Source of the DNA: Camelus dromedarius
Taxonomy: Eukaryota
Length of the DNA: 64,000 nucleotides
Assembly: GCF_036321535.1 (NCBI RefSeq)
Contig: NC_087436.1
Location: 16,554,001 to 16,618,000, forward strand
Direction of reading: 5' to 3'
Part shown: positions 50,438 through 62,880 of the stretch, piece by piece
Position numbering within the stretch: the stretch's first letter is position 1
Layout: each line of letters starts with the position of its first letter
The notes under the pieces: generated by a model
Told to the model about the DNA's origin: nothing
The model's input: only the letters and a program-made list of their open reading frames with translations
The model's database searches: none
Translations under genes and position numbers: made by a program

Positions 50438-51492
50438 AATCACTGGGCAAAGACGTCCCTGTCCAGTTCTACCCTGGACATTTTGCTTATATGGTCTAAT
50501 AAAACTCTTTACTCAAGCCAGTTTGAGTTGCATTTTCTGTCACTATCAAGGGTCCTTTGTGACACACAAGTCAACGGGTTTTCCTGACTCCTGTGTCTTC
50601 CCTTTAGTTTATATTGTATGTAATTGTTGGTTGGATCAGTCTTCCTAAGCAACAGTTCTGTGCTTGTCACTGTATTGCTGAAACACTTCCAGCAATCAGT
50701 TACTTGAGGCGCTTTTTCTTTACAGGATAGTCTGGCACTGAAGGCCGCCATCGTCTGGCTCTATTTTCTTCATCTCCCACAGCCACTCCTCAGATAGACA
50801 AACCATTAACCAAAATGGACCACCAGCCTTTTTTTGAATGCTTTTTGCCTTTCCCCACATTGTGCCTTTGTTAGGTCATCCTGTTTGTTTGGAATGCCCA
50901 ACCCCTCCTTTCTGCCTGTTAAGCTGTACCCATTTCCCTCTTTGTGAACTCTTCTCTAATAATCCCAACTGTAAGCAATTTCTGGCCATAAATTCTTCAT
51001 CAGTAGCACTTTCTTTGCACTTCTCTAGTGACACCTGCCACATCTTGCTTATTTTTAATATTTGTCATTTATTGATATTTGTGTGCTTACATTATACTAC
51101 TTAAGTTGATATTTAATTTCTTCCAATGCTCCAAGAATATAAATATGAACAATTAGTTTGTGCCAGAAAGCCATCAGTCACCTAGTAAAAGAGGAAACTG
51201 TATCTCTTATCAATTGATTTTTATCCACCAGCCTTTATCTCTCCAAATATTTTATCTTCCATATCCTGGCTGTTCTCTTCTTCTGGAATTCCTGTTAGAT
51301 GTAAGTTGGACCTTTACATTTTTTTTTCCCGTGACTTTTCACATTTTCTGTTTCTTTAACTCTGTCCTACAATGAGGAAAATTTGTTCAGCTCTATCTTC
51401 AAGTTTACTAATTCCTTCTTCAGCTCATTCTAATCTGCTGCTTACCCCCATTTGTCCAGTGGTAAATTTAAATGACCATTCATTTCTAGATG

Positions 51493-52003
51493 TGTAACCA
51501 AGCAAGAGCTTTTTGTGCCCGTGGCTCAGAAAGCCAAACCCTGACAGTGGGTGTTCACAGCAAAGTAAGGATTTATTGCAGGGTGCCGAGCAAAGGGGTG
51601 AGAGACAAGCCTTAGTTCCAACTTGGTCTTTGAGTCAGGGTGTATTTTTAAAGGAGAAGAACAAAGAAGCTGGGGTTAATCATCATCTTGCGACATATTT
51701 TAATCATAGTTTTGGGAGTCAGGATGTCTCTGGTTTATGATTCTCAGGGCAGATGGTCCATGGCTTGGGGGCCTGTTAGCTCATCTTGCCCTGTTGAATT
51801 TGTACATTCAATGGTGATATCTAGCAATTTGGTCCATTATCAATGTTATCAGCAACAGCAATCTCAGTCAACTGATTCTGGGATAAGTGTTTAGTTAGCA
51901 CAGGATTGAGGTCAGCGAGGACAAGAAAGGGAATAAAATTTTGGATAGAGAGATAAATTATTAACTCTGTAAAGGAACTCAGTTTTAAGGGGACTTAATA
52001 TCA
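51493..52003 (-). mobile_element. Solo LTR (ERV1-like, 511 bp) inserted in an old antisense L1
   Basis: TG...CA termini, 4-bp TSD GATG/GATA (one mismatch), minus-strand AATAAA at 51577-51572 and TATA-like TTTAAAAATA at 51652-51643. Confidence 0.75.
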
Positions 52004-52996
52004 GATATCCTTATTTGTACTTTAAAATTTTTGCCTTTTCTTTTGCAGTGAGTGGCCATTTGTTTTTCAATGCCCTGTAGATTTTCAAAATTTAAAACAC
52101 ATCCTTAGATTATGATTTCTTTTAGATTGTTTTTCTATATAGTAAATTTTGAGATTAAAAAAAAATCTCCTGTTTATTGTACCCATGATTCGATTCTTTC
52201 TTTTGCAGTCTTCATGGATTTTTATCATGAGCTTCCCTTCAGTGAGGCTCATTTTTGTCTGTGCTCATCCCATGGTGCTTAGGTAGCAGAGTTTGACATT
52301 AGCATCCTCTGGGTGCGCCAGAGGCAACACTGGCCCAGGACCACGATAATTTCTAGGCTTCAGGTTTCCTGCAGAATCAAGTAAATAAAGTAAATTCAGA
52401 TTACTCACCAATGAAAGCCACAGGCTTGGAGTTTAAATTTTTCACAGAAGACTCGTTTTTCCCTACACAGAGTTAATTGTCATTTCTTGATCTTGTTGGC
52501 TGAGATTTTTGGTCCTCTTTGGCTGAGATTGTAGCTTCTGAGGGTCCTGGACTATTCCTGCTCCCCCTCAGGTGGGCCTAAGAGGGCTTTTGTTCCTAAA
52601 TGGCATTAAAACTCTGATCTTACCACTGTTTCCATCAGCTTCCCGAAGTTGTTACAGCCTTGATTCTTCTATTTCTCACTCTGGCTTTCAGTTCTCTCTG
52701 TGTTTCTGGCACTAGAGAACTCCCTTTCTTTCAGTTAGAAATTAGCTTTAAAAATGCTTGTGGTGGTTGTTTTTTATTCCTAAGGGCCTATAGCTAGAGT
52801 GCTTCCATGTTATCTTAGGCCACCGTCTTGCTGGAACCACAACAAAGATATATATGTATCCATCTACATAATACCCACCCACCAGAAGACAGCCTGATAC
52901 AGGCTGTAATAGGGAAGCAAAGGGAATCTTTAGGGAATTCACAAAACGTAGTGATTAATTGTGATTGCAGGGCTTGAGAAAGTCTTAATTCAGTAA

Positions 52997-53347
52997 TGGT
53001 CTGAGTCCGTTCAGGATGCTGTGACAAACCACAGACCAGGCGGCTTATAAACAACAGAAATCTATTGCTCGCAGTTCTGGAGGCTGGAAGTCTGAGATCA
53101 GGGTGCCCGCGTGGTTGGGTGAGACCTCTCTTCCAAGCCACACACTTCCTGTGGTGTCCTCACATATTGGGAGGGGCTAGGGAGCTCTGGAGGGTATCTT
53201 TTTTTAAGGGCACTAATCCTACTCATGAGGGCTCCACCCTCATGTCCTAAGTACTTTCCAAAGGCCCCACCTCCTCATACCATTATGTTGGGCATTAGGA
53301 TTTCAACATGTGAATTTTGAGGGAACACAAACATTCAGACCATAGCA
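52997..53347 (-). mobile_element. MLT1A-type MaLR solo LTR
   Basis: ggcttataaacaacagaaat...cagttctggaggctggaagtctgagatcagggtgcc...aagggcactaatcc...gggctccaccctcatg...ggatttcaacat...cattcagaccatagca. Confidence 0.88.
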
Positions 53348-53391
53348 GTAACTAATAACTGAATTGGGCTTTGATGAATGCATAGGATTTT

Positions 53392-53578
53392 TTTAAACAT
53401 TTTTTATTGAGTAATAGTCATTTTACAATGTTGTGTCAAATCCTAGTATAGAGCACAATTTTTCAGTTACATATGAACATATATATATTCATTGTCACAT
53501 TAGTTTTTTCGTTATGAGCTACCACAAGATCTTGATTATATTTCCCTGTGCTATACAGTATAATCATGTTTATCTATT
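53392..53578 (-). mobile_element. Young camelid-type L1 3' end with perfect 17-bp TSD
   Basis: Reverse complement closely matches the 3'UTR of the L1 at 23250-23460. TSD TGAATGCATAGGATTTT at 53375-53391 and 53579-53595. The empty site reads TTTT/AA, the L1 endonuclease consensus. Confidence 0.9.
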
Positions 53579-53884
53579 TGAATGCATAGGATTTTAACAA
53601 GAAGAGAGGGACGGTTGGGTCTTGTGGGGGAATCCCAGGTAAGGAATGAGCAATCATGACAATGCATGTCATCTTGCAGAGTGGATTACAGTCCTGTGTG
53701 GTTGGACTTGTGTGTGACTTACTGGATGTATCTTGGAGCACGTGCCTGAAAACATTCCAGCATCTCCATGCAAGTCCTCTCATAGTGCTGCGTGCATCAT
53801 ACACACTAAATATTTACTGGAGGAACAAACATATGTGAGAGAATGTTATCAAAGTAAGGAGTAGAGGCTGAATACCCAGAATAA

Positions 53885-54187
53885 TGCTTAACCTCAGTGT
53901 AGCTCAGTTTCTCACCTACAAACAAGAAGGTAGCATGATATGACACTTTTTTTTCCCTCACAAACAGCATTTGTGGAAACAAGAGGGGGAAAGAGTGAGG
54001 GGATGGCCTGCTGGCGGGTCGTGGTCACATGCTGGCTCATTCTCGCTGTAGCCACAATTTGTAGGCACGGACATGGTGTTCCATGTGCCCGTGTAGCGGT
54101 CCATGCACATGGCAATGCACTGTGGGGACAGGGAGGGCGCCCATGATATGACTCTTAAGATTCCCTTTGGTTCTAAATCTCTGTGAC
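53885..54187 (+). mobile_element. MIR/MIR3 SINE fragment split by the TIMM13 retrocopy
   Basis: cttaacctc...ctcagtttctcacctacaaa on the left and ctcttaagattccctttggttctaaatctctgtga on the right join into a MIR3-like core and tail once the insert is removed. Confidence 0.65.
53949..54141 (-). pseudogene. TIMM13: 5'-truncated TIMM13 retrocopy (last exon + short 3'UTR + poly(A) remnant), with apparent intron 3' end retained
   Basis: Minus strand 54119-54025 reads [17 protein letters not shown], then after a 1-nt deletion RAYKLWLQRE*ASM*. Compare TIMM13 C-terminus [31 protein letters not shown]. A-tract at 53947-53954. 15-bp TSD CATGATATGAC(A/T)CTT at 53934-53948 and 54142-54156. Confidence 0.9.
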
Positions 54188-54949
54188 AGCAATTTGTATA
54201 ACTTAGTATATAACTGGATGACTTTTTGTTAGGGGTAAATGGATTTAGTTGTCTATCTGCCATAGGGAAAGAGAAGGGGAAAGAGTGTTGAAAAATACCG
54301 TTTAATGTAGTATTGGTCAGAAGAAAGAAGGTCAGAGGTTGACCCAATGCTGGGCTATATTCTTACAGCCTATTCAGAGTGGCTGCTAGCTTGGTCAAAA
54401 TCAAGAGCCATGGCTCAGAAGTTCCCTCTTGAGATTCCAGTTTTCAAAACCCTTCTCTGTATGCAACCTTCAGTTTCTAAAAATAAACAAAATAGGAAGA
54501 CTTCTCCGTGGAGGAAACATTTAGCTAAAACAACCACAAAAGTTTGAAAGGGAAACTCATTGTCCAACAAAAGGAGGAGAAACATCTAGATTTCCTTTAT
54601 TTTCAAAGAAATTTATGTCACTTCCTGAGCTTCCCAAAACCTCCTGAGATAGAAACAAAAGGGAAATGAGACAGTCACGAATATTTTAGTTTGTATTTGA
54701 GATAAGTGAGCAAACAAACATCATTGTGTCATATAAGAATAATTTTAAAAAAGGAAGAAAGGAAAAAGCCATTAGGGTTCATTTGGTGACATCCACAGTG
54801 CATTTATTCACTGATTCATTCTTGTATTTATTAAGTATTTGTTGAGCATCTAATATGTGTCAGATGTTATACGAGGCACTAAGTTGCAGATGTGACTTAA
54901 CTGGTAATTCCACCGTGATCATTCAACACGGTAAACTCAGTCTTTCCTT

Positions 54950-55500
54950 TTGTGTACTGGGCATCGTGGACTGGTAATTGAATTCTTATGTACCCATTCT
55001 TCTAGTGGCAGAGTTTGGAATGCTGAAAATTTTCATTTCCCATCGTAGGTTCCTCCAGTTTGGTGCACTTGCATGAGATTTGGGAGGCAGACATGAAGTA
55101 GTGGCCATTCTCTTGAACTTTGCATTATTTTATTAGCAAACAAGGTCATGAAATGTCAAGTTTTCTGCTAGTGATGTTACCGCATTCATTATCCGGCTTT
55201 CTATGTACTGGGAGGAGCTGCTATGGAGAGGAAGCTGAACGCCATGTTCAACTTCTTCATCCCCACTTCCTCATTTTTTCCCTGCAGTTGTGACCATATG
55301 TTCTTGAGGTCAACTCTTCAAATGGTAGCCTCAGAGAAATAGTTTCCCAGTGAGCCAGTTCTAAGGAGCGGTTCTACGATTCATTTCTAGAGACCAAGCT
55401 CTGCCAAGCATTTTACTAGCACCCAATTCCATGTGTTAAACCCTTTTCTGTTTAAAATATGAAGAGTAGTTTCCGTTTTCTGCATTGAATCATCCCCAAC
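54950..55500 (+). mobile_element. Old ERVL LTR (LTR33/LTR16-like)
   Basis: 3' end ttaaacccttttctgtttaaaat...agagtagtttccgttttctgca resembles this family. Confidence 0.45.
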
Positions 55501-58500
55501 ACACCCTCCAATGTTACTTAGGGATAGTGTTAAAACTCTTGGAAATTCAGCGTTTGGTGATGTTTTCTTATAACTGATCTTATGTATTTAATTTCTTTTT
55601 TCTTACCAAATAGTGCAACGAGAATTGGAACATACGTGTATCGGTGGGTCATTGGAACTGACAATGTGCCATAAGGGTTAAAAGCCCAGGCTCCAAGTCA
55701 GATAACCGGAGGTTCCCCAAGAGAATATGAGCTTGCTGCAAACTGGAACTTTGGTTCATCACAGTGTCCCCAGGTTCTAAAACGATGCCTGGCACAAAAC
55801 AGACCCTTTCAGTAAATTTCCTTTGAATCAAGTAGTTTGACTTCCTGCTGGAACACTTACTAGCTGAATAACATGGCCCCACTGGGGAAGGCAGATCGCA
55901 CAACTCGAGGTACTGTCCTTTACCAGGGGCAGAATTTCTGTGGATTCAGGCAGACTAGGCATGGGGACCACGGCTGTTACAGGTCTTGCCATTATGGGTG
56001 TAACAGAGATTGTCTCCAAGCCTGGCCCTCACTCAAGGGGCATCTGGAAGAGCTCTGGGAGTTTGGAAGTGAGTGGTGGTAGCTGGGGCTCTTCATGGTG
56101 CAAGCAGGTAGAGCCAAGCAAATCTAGGGCTGTGCATATCCTGGGCCCAACACACCCATTTGTAGTCATATGTGGGGCATGAATAGTCAGATCTATCTAC
56201 AAGCCTTGCCCGGGAAAAACACAGTATTTTCATTCTTTGGTGAGAGGAGTGTTTCTGTATCTGCTGATGATCACCTGATGGCCATTGGCCAGACACAAAT
56301 ATTATTCCAAAGAGACAAAACGTCTTTTGTCAACTAAACTAGCTTCCCAGCATGATGTAGGGTAAGGATTTGGGGTATAAGAAGTACATGGATCCCATCT
56401 TAGCCATGTGGCTTGGGCAAGTAGCAGACTTCTCTAAGCTTTAGTACCCCATGTGCCGCACTGGGAAAGTGATGGTTGCTAGGTGATTGTGAAGATTAAA
56501 TTTATGTGTGTAAACCACAGTTTCTCCCCTGCTTTCTCCCACTTAAAAATGAACCTAGTAGTGTGTATTCTCCTCTCTCCTCTCTGAGACCCCTTAATCA
56601 CTCCCTGACCCTCATCTCCTTGCTTTGTGCAGTATGTCATTCATGTGAGACATTTGTGCATTATTCATTGAGCACCTTTGTTACAAAACATTGCCACAGG
56701 GGCATTGTGGACACAAAGATGGGATGGAGCCAGTGAGGGGCTGATACTCTGGGCCTCAACCCATGTCCCTGTGTCCTTGGAGGGGGCGGGGAGACAGACT
56801 GACCTCGCAGATAATATGCCACCAACCTCATCACATCCTACCAGCCACAGTCGACCGTAGTAATGTTTTTTTCCCCCATAGTTCTTTTTGGGCAAAAGCT
56901 GTATCCCTTGAGAATCCACTTAAAAATCCTTTTTACAAAGAAGCCCTCAAGGACAGTGGCTTTTTTTTTTTTTTTTTTTTTGTGAGTAGTAATCAGTGGC
57001 AGCTCATTAACTCCTCCTGCTGACCTCATAGTCCACTGCATCTTTTTCCTGGTGGCTTCAGGCTGTCCCGGGAAGGGAGAGTCAGCAGAACTGTACTCCA
57101 GGGGCCCACAGAAGGAAAGAGAGAGTTGCCTTTCCTGTTTATTCCTAACACTTCTTAATTTTTAACGCTGTGGGTAAAGCCTTATTCCTTCCCCTTGAGA
57201 AGAAAAAGGTAAACATTTTCACTTTGTTTTGCAAAAAATGTGTTGGTGGGACATGTCTTCTAATTACAGCTCCACCACCACAGCATCATAACGGTTGCTT
57301 CAAAGACCATGACATAATAGATTTTGAGTCATGTGACGCCCGTGCCCTTTCACTATGTCTGTAGCTACTGTGCACATTCTAATTACAGTGCTTCTTACCT
57401 AGGTATTCTTGGTCAAGGGAAAAAAAAAAGTGCTTCTATTTTCAGTTAGTCTATTTATACTCTGAGACCTAAACCTGCTTAGTGACCCATGAGCTCTGCC
57501 TTTGGTGTTCTTTCTGGGAGCCTCACAAAGGTGACTTGAGTGTGCAAACTGAGAACACAACGTGATTGCAACCTTAAATTATATAAAAATTTTCACGCAT
57601 GATCTTAAGTGTTAGAGTCTTAACCCGGTGATTCTAGAGCAGAGAAATAGTCCACCCGTCCAAAGAAGTGGGCTCGTTTCTACCCTACTGCTCAGCTTAC
57701 TTCTCTGGGGTGGGGGTAGGTGCAGGGCGGAGAGAAAAATAAGCTCACGGTAATCTATTTCCATCTAATTAGAATTCACTCACTAATCTCATGGGTTAAT
57801 TTTTCCAAAAATATGCAAGAAAAGTCATAAGTTAGTTTAAAGATTGCTTGTGTAGTTTAATGTTCTCCTCATGAAAAGTGTAGCATTTGCTCAAAAAACT
57901 CTAGTCGAAACGCAACAGCCACACTCCCGAAGGTTTCTGACACCTTGAGTCCTGTTGCAAGGTGTAGGGTTGATTGATTACAAGTAGAGATAAAATATTT
58001 AGAGTCATCATGTCTTGAAAAAGAACCAAAATGACGGAAAAGACAAAGAAATAGGACTCGGAAGAATAGAAGTATCATCTTGGCTGTGCCGTTTCCTCGT
58101 CTCTGTAGCAAAATCATTGAAGCGTTCTGAACTGCTGTGTCTTTATTTAACAGATGATGCGTTTTCTCAGGGGCATGGTTTAGCAATTCTGAAACAATTG
58201 TCTCTGTGTTCTAGGCATGAGCAAACAAGTCAATCTATTGAGGATAACAGGAGTCAAGTTTTTCATTGTGAGAAAATGGAGTTACAAATAGGGAAGGGAG
58301 AAACGAGAATAGATCCTGCAACGTTGGGTTGGAATTGGAGGTATCAGAATGAAATTTTATCAGAATGGCTTTTAGGAGGGTAAGAGTGTGAGCGAGGGCA
58401 AGGCGGTGGGGGAGGGGGGAAAACAAGCAGGAAAAGAAAAGGAAGAGGAGGGGGAAGAGGGGACTTGGGGAGAGAGGATGGGAGGAAGGAAGGAAGTAGG

Positions 58501-58989
58501 TAAGGCTGGTTCTAGGATTCAGTAGGGAAAGTGCAAGATGTCTCTGGAGTAACTTCATGCGCCGCAGCGACCAGGCAAACTGAAGTCCCTGAGAGTCTGC
58601 TGGAGTCTTGGAGGGGAGAGGACTCTGTGGGTTGGGTGACTTATATATCAGAGATAATTATATCTGAATCTCCAGAGACTGGATTCCAATCTAAACTAAA
58701 TGTAGGGAGGCCAAATTAAAGCAATTTAATGACATTAGTCCCCTGATTACAGATCTGAGAGGACCAAGGCCTTTTAATCTTCCCCTGTTTTATATTTATT
58801 ATCACGATGTATAATGTAAAGCTGAAGAAAAAAGGATTTGATTGTATCACTTTCTATGTTACAAATAGTCCTAACTTGGAATCCATTTCGAGCTCCCTTG
58901 ATTCTTAATTTTCCTTGCATCCACTCCGTGAGCAATTTGAAGATTCAGTGAAATTCAGAAGATTTCATTAATCTTAGAACAGTCAGAGC

Positions 58990-59430
58990 TGTTTACTGCA
59001 GTCTGTAAAGCCCTGGACAGTTTGGCTCCAGCCTGGGCACTCAGACTAGCCCTGGATGCTTCGACCACTCCACGATGCACTGACCTGTCCTTAGGGTAAG
59101 CTCTGTCCTCCCCCGGGGCCTTTGCCGATGCTGTTCCCTCTGCTTGGGATGCTCTTTTCCACCCTCTTTGTTGAACTAACTCCTACTCGTACATCTAACA
59201 TCAGCTTAAAAGTCACTTCCTAAAGGATGCCCGCCCTGTCCTCCTAGTCTAGGTTTCCTGGTCTTTTGTTTTTCATAGCCAACAAAATGGACATTTCAAT
59301 ATATATTTGCATAATTGTTTCATTTCTGACTCCCCACAAGATTGTATACGCTTCATAACGTCAGGGATGATAAAAACAGCACCTGACCCATAGCAGGGGC
59401 TCAATACTTGTGGAAGGAAAGAAAGAAAAG
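58990..59430 (+). mobile_element. L2 3' end
   Basis: gggcctttgccgatgctgttccctctgcttgggatgctct...taactcctactc...tcagcttaaaagtcacttcct...cagcacctgacccatagcaggggctcaata. Confidence 0.75.
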
Positions 59431-59639
59431 TCAAGAGAGAACTAATTCATTGTTGTTGTTCCATAAGGTTACCTCTTCTGAAAAAGTGTCAAATTTCCTG
59501 GAGAGGTTTGTTTTTATGTTTTTTCACTTTTTAAACAATTATTTTATATTTAAATCATTACAAATGGAAATATTTAAAATTAGTATTTCATCCATAATTT
59601 TAGTTTATTAGTTGCTTTCTTACAGTCATGAACTCTGTT

Positions 59640-60210
59640 TTTACAGGCACACAAAATATTGTGCTGTTAAATGTTGATCAACTGGTGCTCTAAGTGTGGG
59701 TTGAACGTTAATATTTTCATTTACATTAATGCTTAAGACAAAAGAGAGAAAATGAAAATGTATTGTAAGATCTTCACTCATTTGTCCATAAGAGGAGCGT
59801 CTTTTTTGGCTATTTTTTCAAATACTGGAAAAATACTGCCTCAGTTTTCAATGCCACTCACCATGTAAGGACAACAGAGAGGACACACTTTAAGTTTCAT
59901 TGCATTATTACCATATTCGCTACCACTTTCTTAAGTCTAGACAATCAACAAAACAAAAACAATCAACCCTGATTTATAGCATTTGCTGATTTCCTTGGTG
60001 TAAATACTCCCATGGTGGCAAATTTCAAACCATCTGTGAGGCACCAAATAAGACATGTGTGGTGTTGACCAGCACATAGTACTCCCTCTATACAGATATT
60101 TGTTTAATTTTTCATAACGACTATGTTTAACAACTGGCTTGCAAAATCCCTGAAAATGTAGCAACTGGCTCTCATAAACCTACAACACAGGTCAGCTCCA
60201 GCACACACTG
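59640..60210. mobile_element. MER63-like hAT DNA transposon
   Basis: ccctgatttatagcatttgctgatttcc...gtgtaaatactccca...aacaactggctt...gctccagcacacactg. Confidence 0.6.
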
Positions 60211-60696
60211 TATATCCATCCACACGTGTACATACACAGTGTGTGCATATAGTTTTAGTGAAAACACAATTTATGTTCTACTTTTTCCATTTAGTTTTAA
60301 TTCATTTTTCCATTATTAAATTTAATAGCCCATTGATATGCCAGAAATTTATTTAAACGTATCTCTTTTGTTAGAAATTTAGTTGATTCGTGATTTTAAA
60401 TTATGATCTATGTCAAATATTTTTGTACATTTTCATTCTTTTCTATGTAGAAATATTTATCTGAAAACACTTTTAGGAGTGAGGCTATGGATAAAAACAT
60501 TTTTATGACTTTTGCCATTATAATAACTTAGAAAGATCCACATTTTATTTAGTTTGTGTTTCCATGTACAAAAATGTTTCCATGGCCCCATTGTTTAGAG
60601 GGAAAATTCATAATCCAGTAACATTGTAGGAATACATTGATCATTGACATCAAACTTACCCTCAGCAATAACAGTGAACAGTGCTAATATGTTTTT

Positions 60697-60864
60697 TTAA
60701 GGATTTTTCTTTTTTTAATTCTAATTTTTAATTCATTTTAATTTTACTTGGGGGGAGGTAATTAGGTTTACTTATTTATTTATGTTTTAGGGGAGGTACT
60801 GGGGGTGGAACCCAGGACCTTGTGTATGCTAAGCTTACTCTCTACCACTGAGCCATACCCTTCC
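60697..60864 (-). mobile_element. tRNA-derived SINE of camelid Vic-1 type
   Basis: Minus strand GGAAGGGTATGGCTCAGTGGTAGAG...GGTCCTGGGTTCCACCCCCAGTACCTCC (A and B boxes), then AAACCTAATTACCTCCCC and an A-rich tail. TSD CAGTGCTAA(TA/CG)TGTTTTT at 60679-60696 and 60865-60882. Confidence 0.85.
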
Positions 60865-61033
60865 CAGTGCTAACGTGTTTTTATTCGTTCTGGGGAAAGA
60901 GACAACACACTAATATTTGGGGGGGGGGGTGTGAAGAAGACCTTTTACGTACTTGCAGCAATGGGGGTCATTACCAGTTTCACCATAGGCATTGTCACAT
61001 GACCTACATACGCTAAATGGCTCCATCTGTCCA

Positions 61034-61550
61034 AATGAGCTATCAAGCCATGAAAGACATGGAAGAAACTTAAAAGACATATTACTAAATGAAAGAAGCC
61101 AGTCTGAAAAGGCTACAAACTGTACAATTCCAACCAAATGACATTCTGGAAAAGGCACAGCTATAGAAACAATAAAAAGATCGTGGTTTCCAGGGGTTTG
61201 GGGAGAGGGAGGGAGGGATGGATGAATAAATGGAGCACAAGGGATTTTTAAGGAGATGAAATTATTCTGTATGATACTATAGTTGTGGCTACATGTCATG
61301 CATTTGTCAAAACCCATAGAATGTACAACATCAAGAGTGAACCCTAATGTAAACTGTGGACTTTGGTTGATAGTACTGTGTCCATGTTGGTTCATCAACT
61401 GTACCAAACATGCCACACTGATGAGGGATGTTGAGGGTAGGGGAGTATATATGTGCGGGTGGGGAGGGCTATATGGGAACTCAGTATTTTCTGCTTGATT
61501 CTGCTATAAACCTGAAACTGCTCTAAAAAAGTAAAGCCTATTAAAACAAA
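61034..61550 (+). mobile_element. L1MC1-like 3' end
   Basis: aatgagctatcaagccatgaaagacatgg...gaaagaagccagtctgaaaaggctaca...aagagtgaaccctaatgtaaactgtggactttgg...aaacctgaaactgctctaaaa. Confidence 0.85.
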
Positions 61551-61649
61551 AACAAGAACCAAGACCAGAATTTTATAACTGGCACAAACATTTCCATTGC
61601 ATCGAAAACAACAAATTACCTAGAAAGACATGCCACATTTAAGATGCAA

Positions 61650-62110
61650 AGTGTTGATGGGGAGTAGGCATGGAACTCAGAGGAGAGGTCAGGGCTGGGG
61701 ATATAATTTTAAGATCTATCAGAATAGAGACAATATTTAATGGTGGGTACTGACTGCGTTGCCTTGGAGGGAGCATGTTGTCAAAGAAGAGGGCAGAGGA
61801 GGAGGAATAGCCAAGAAGGTTGAGAAGATCTAGTCACTGAGGGAGCAGGGAGACCAGGAGGATTTAATGGGTGGTGGAGGCCAAGAGGAGAAAGTGGTAA
61901 ACGGTGCCACATGCTGTTCAGAAGTAAAAAAAAAATATGTAAAGATGGAAACATTTCATTAGCTGTGGCAGTTTGGGAGTTAGTGACTTTGACAAGAACA
62001 GTTTTAGGGGGGTGGAGGTGGTAGGATACTGAGGGGAGGAGAGTGTGGGGAGCATGAATAGAAATGACTTTAAAAAGTTCCTCCAAGAATGGGAGGTAGG
62101 CTGATCCAAG
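61650..62110 (-). mobile_element. L2 fragment (antisense)
   Basis: ggaactcagaggagaggtcagggctggggatataattt...tagtgactttgacaagaacagttt. Confidence 0.65.
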
Positions 62111-62880
62111 GGAGAAGAGCAGGGGTCTGTGTCTCCCCTTCTCTTACACCCTCACGTGGAGGTGGTCTCTTGATTGGTGGATGGCTCTTGTGCCTGGAGT
62201 GCTCAGTCATGCTCGTCCCCTGTCATGCATGGCCTTACCCATGATGCACACAGAAAAGCCCATGGAGGAGGGCTTGCACTGCAATGCTGATTATATTACA
62301 GTGAGCATTGGGTCATGTCTGCTTAGGTCCTTGTCACTACTGCGCAGTCATGGCTGTCAGGATCTAACTGGTTTCTTGCTGGCACTCATTTACAGGATGT
62401 AAAGCCCCTTTATGTTGGAGGTGGGTATACCACCACCTTCCAGACCCTCCATCCTCTCCTCTACCTTATCTGCCCGGTGCCCCCACTTATCTAACTACCT
62501 AACAAAACCTCCTTAAGGAGGTCTGAATTTCAGTCCTGGGCAGGTAGGGGTGTCCTCCACACCTGTTCCTTCTTTGTGTCTCTGCCTCAGCCCTAAAGGA
62601 TGTGGCTGCGCCTGCCATATGCTATTCCTGATCATCATCTTTCACCCTCTATGTTAACCAAATCTATTCCTAATTAATACAGAATCAAAATAGAGAAATG
62701 GGTGGTGGGTTAGAGATAGGCTTGAGGTCAATAGAGGTTTTGTTTGCTTGTTTTTAAGTTGAATGTTGCACTGAGTAGGAATTAGACACTCTGATCTAGT
62801 CTTTGGAGAAAACTCCACAGTTATTCAAGATACCTGTTATAAAATGCCATTCAAGTTTTCACTTCTGGATTTAGATTGAG

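Noticed and set aside
54066..54093. Hairpin CACGGACATGG-TGTT-CCATGTGCCCGTG as a small RNA
   Set aside because: Too short for a pre-miRNA and lies within the TIMM13 retrocopy coding remnant.
60790..60864. tRNA gene
   Set aside because: Degenerate B box, SINE body, A-rich tail and TSD indicate a SINE rather than a tRNA.
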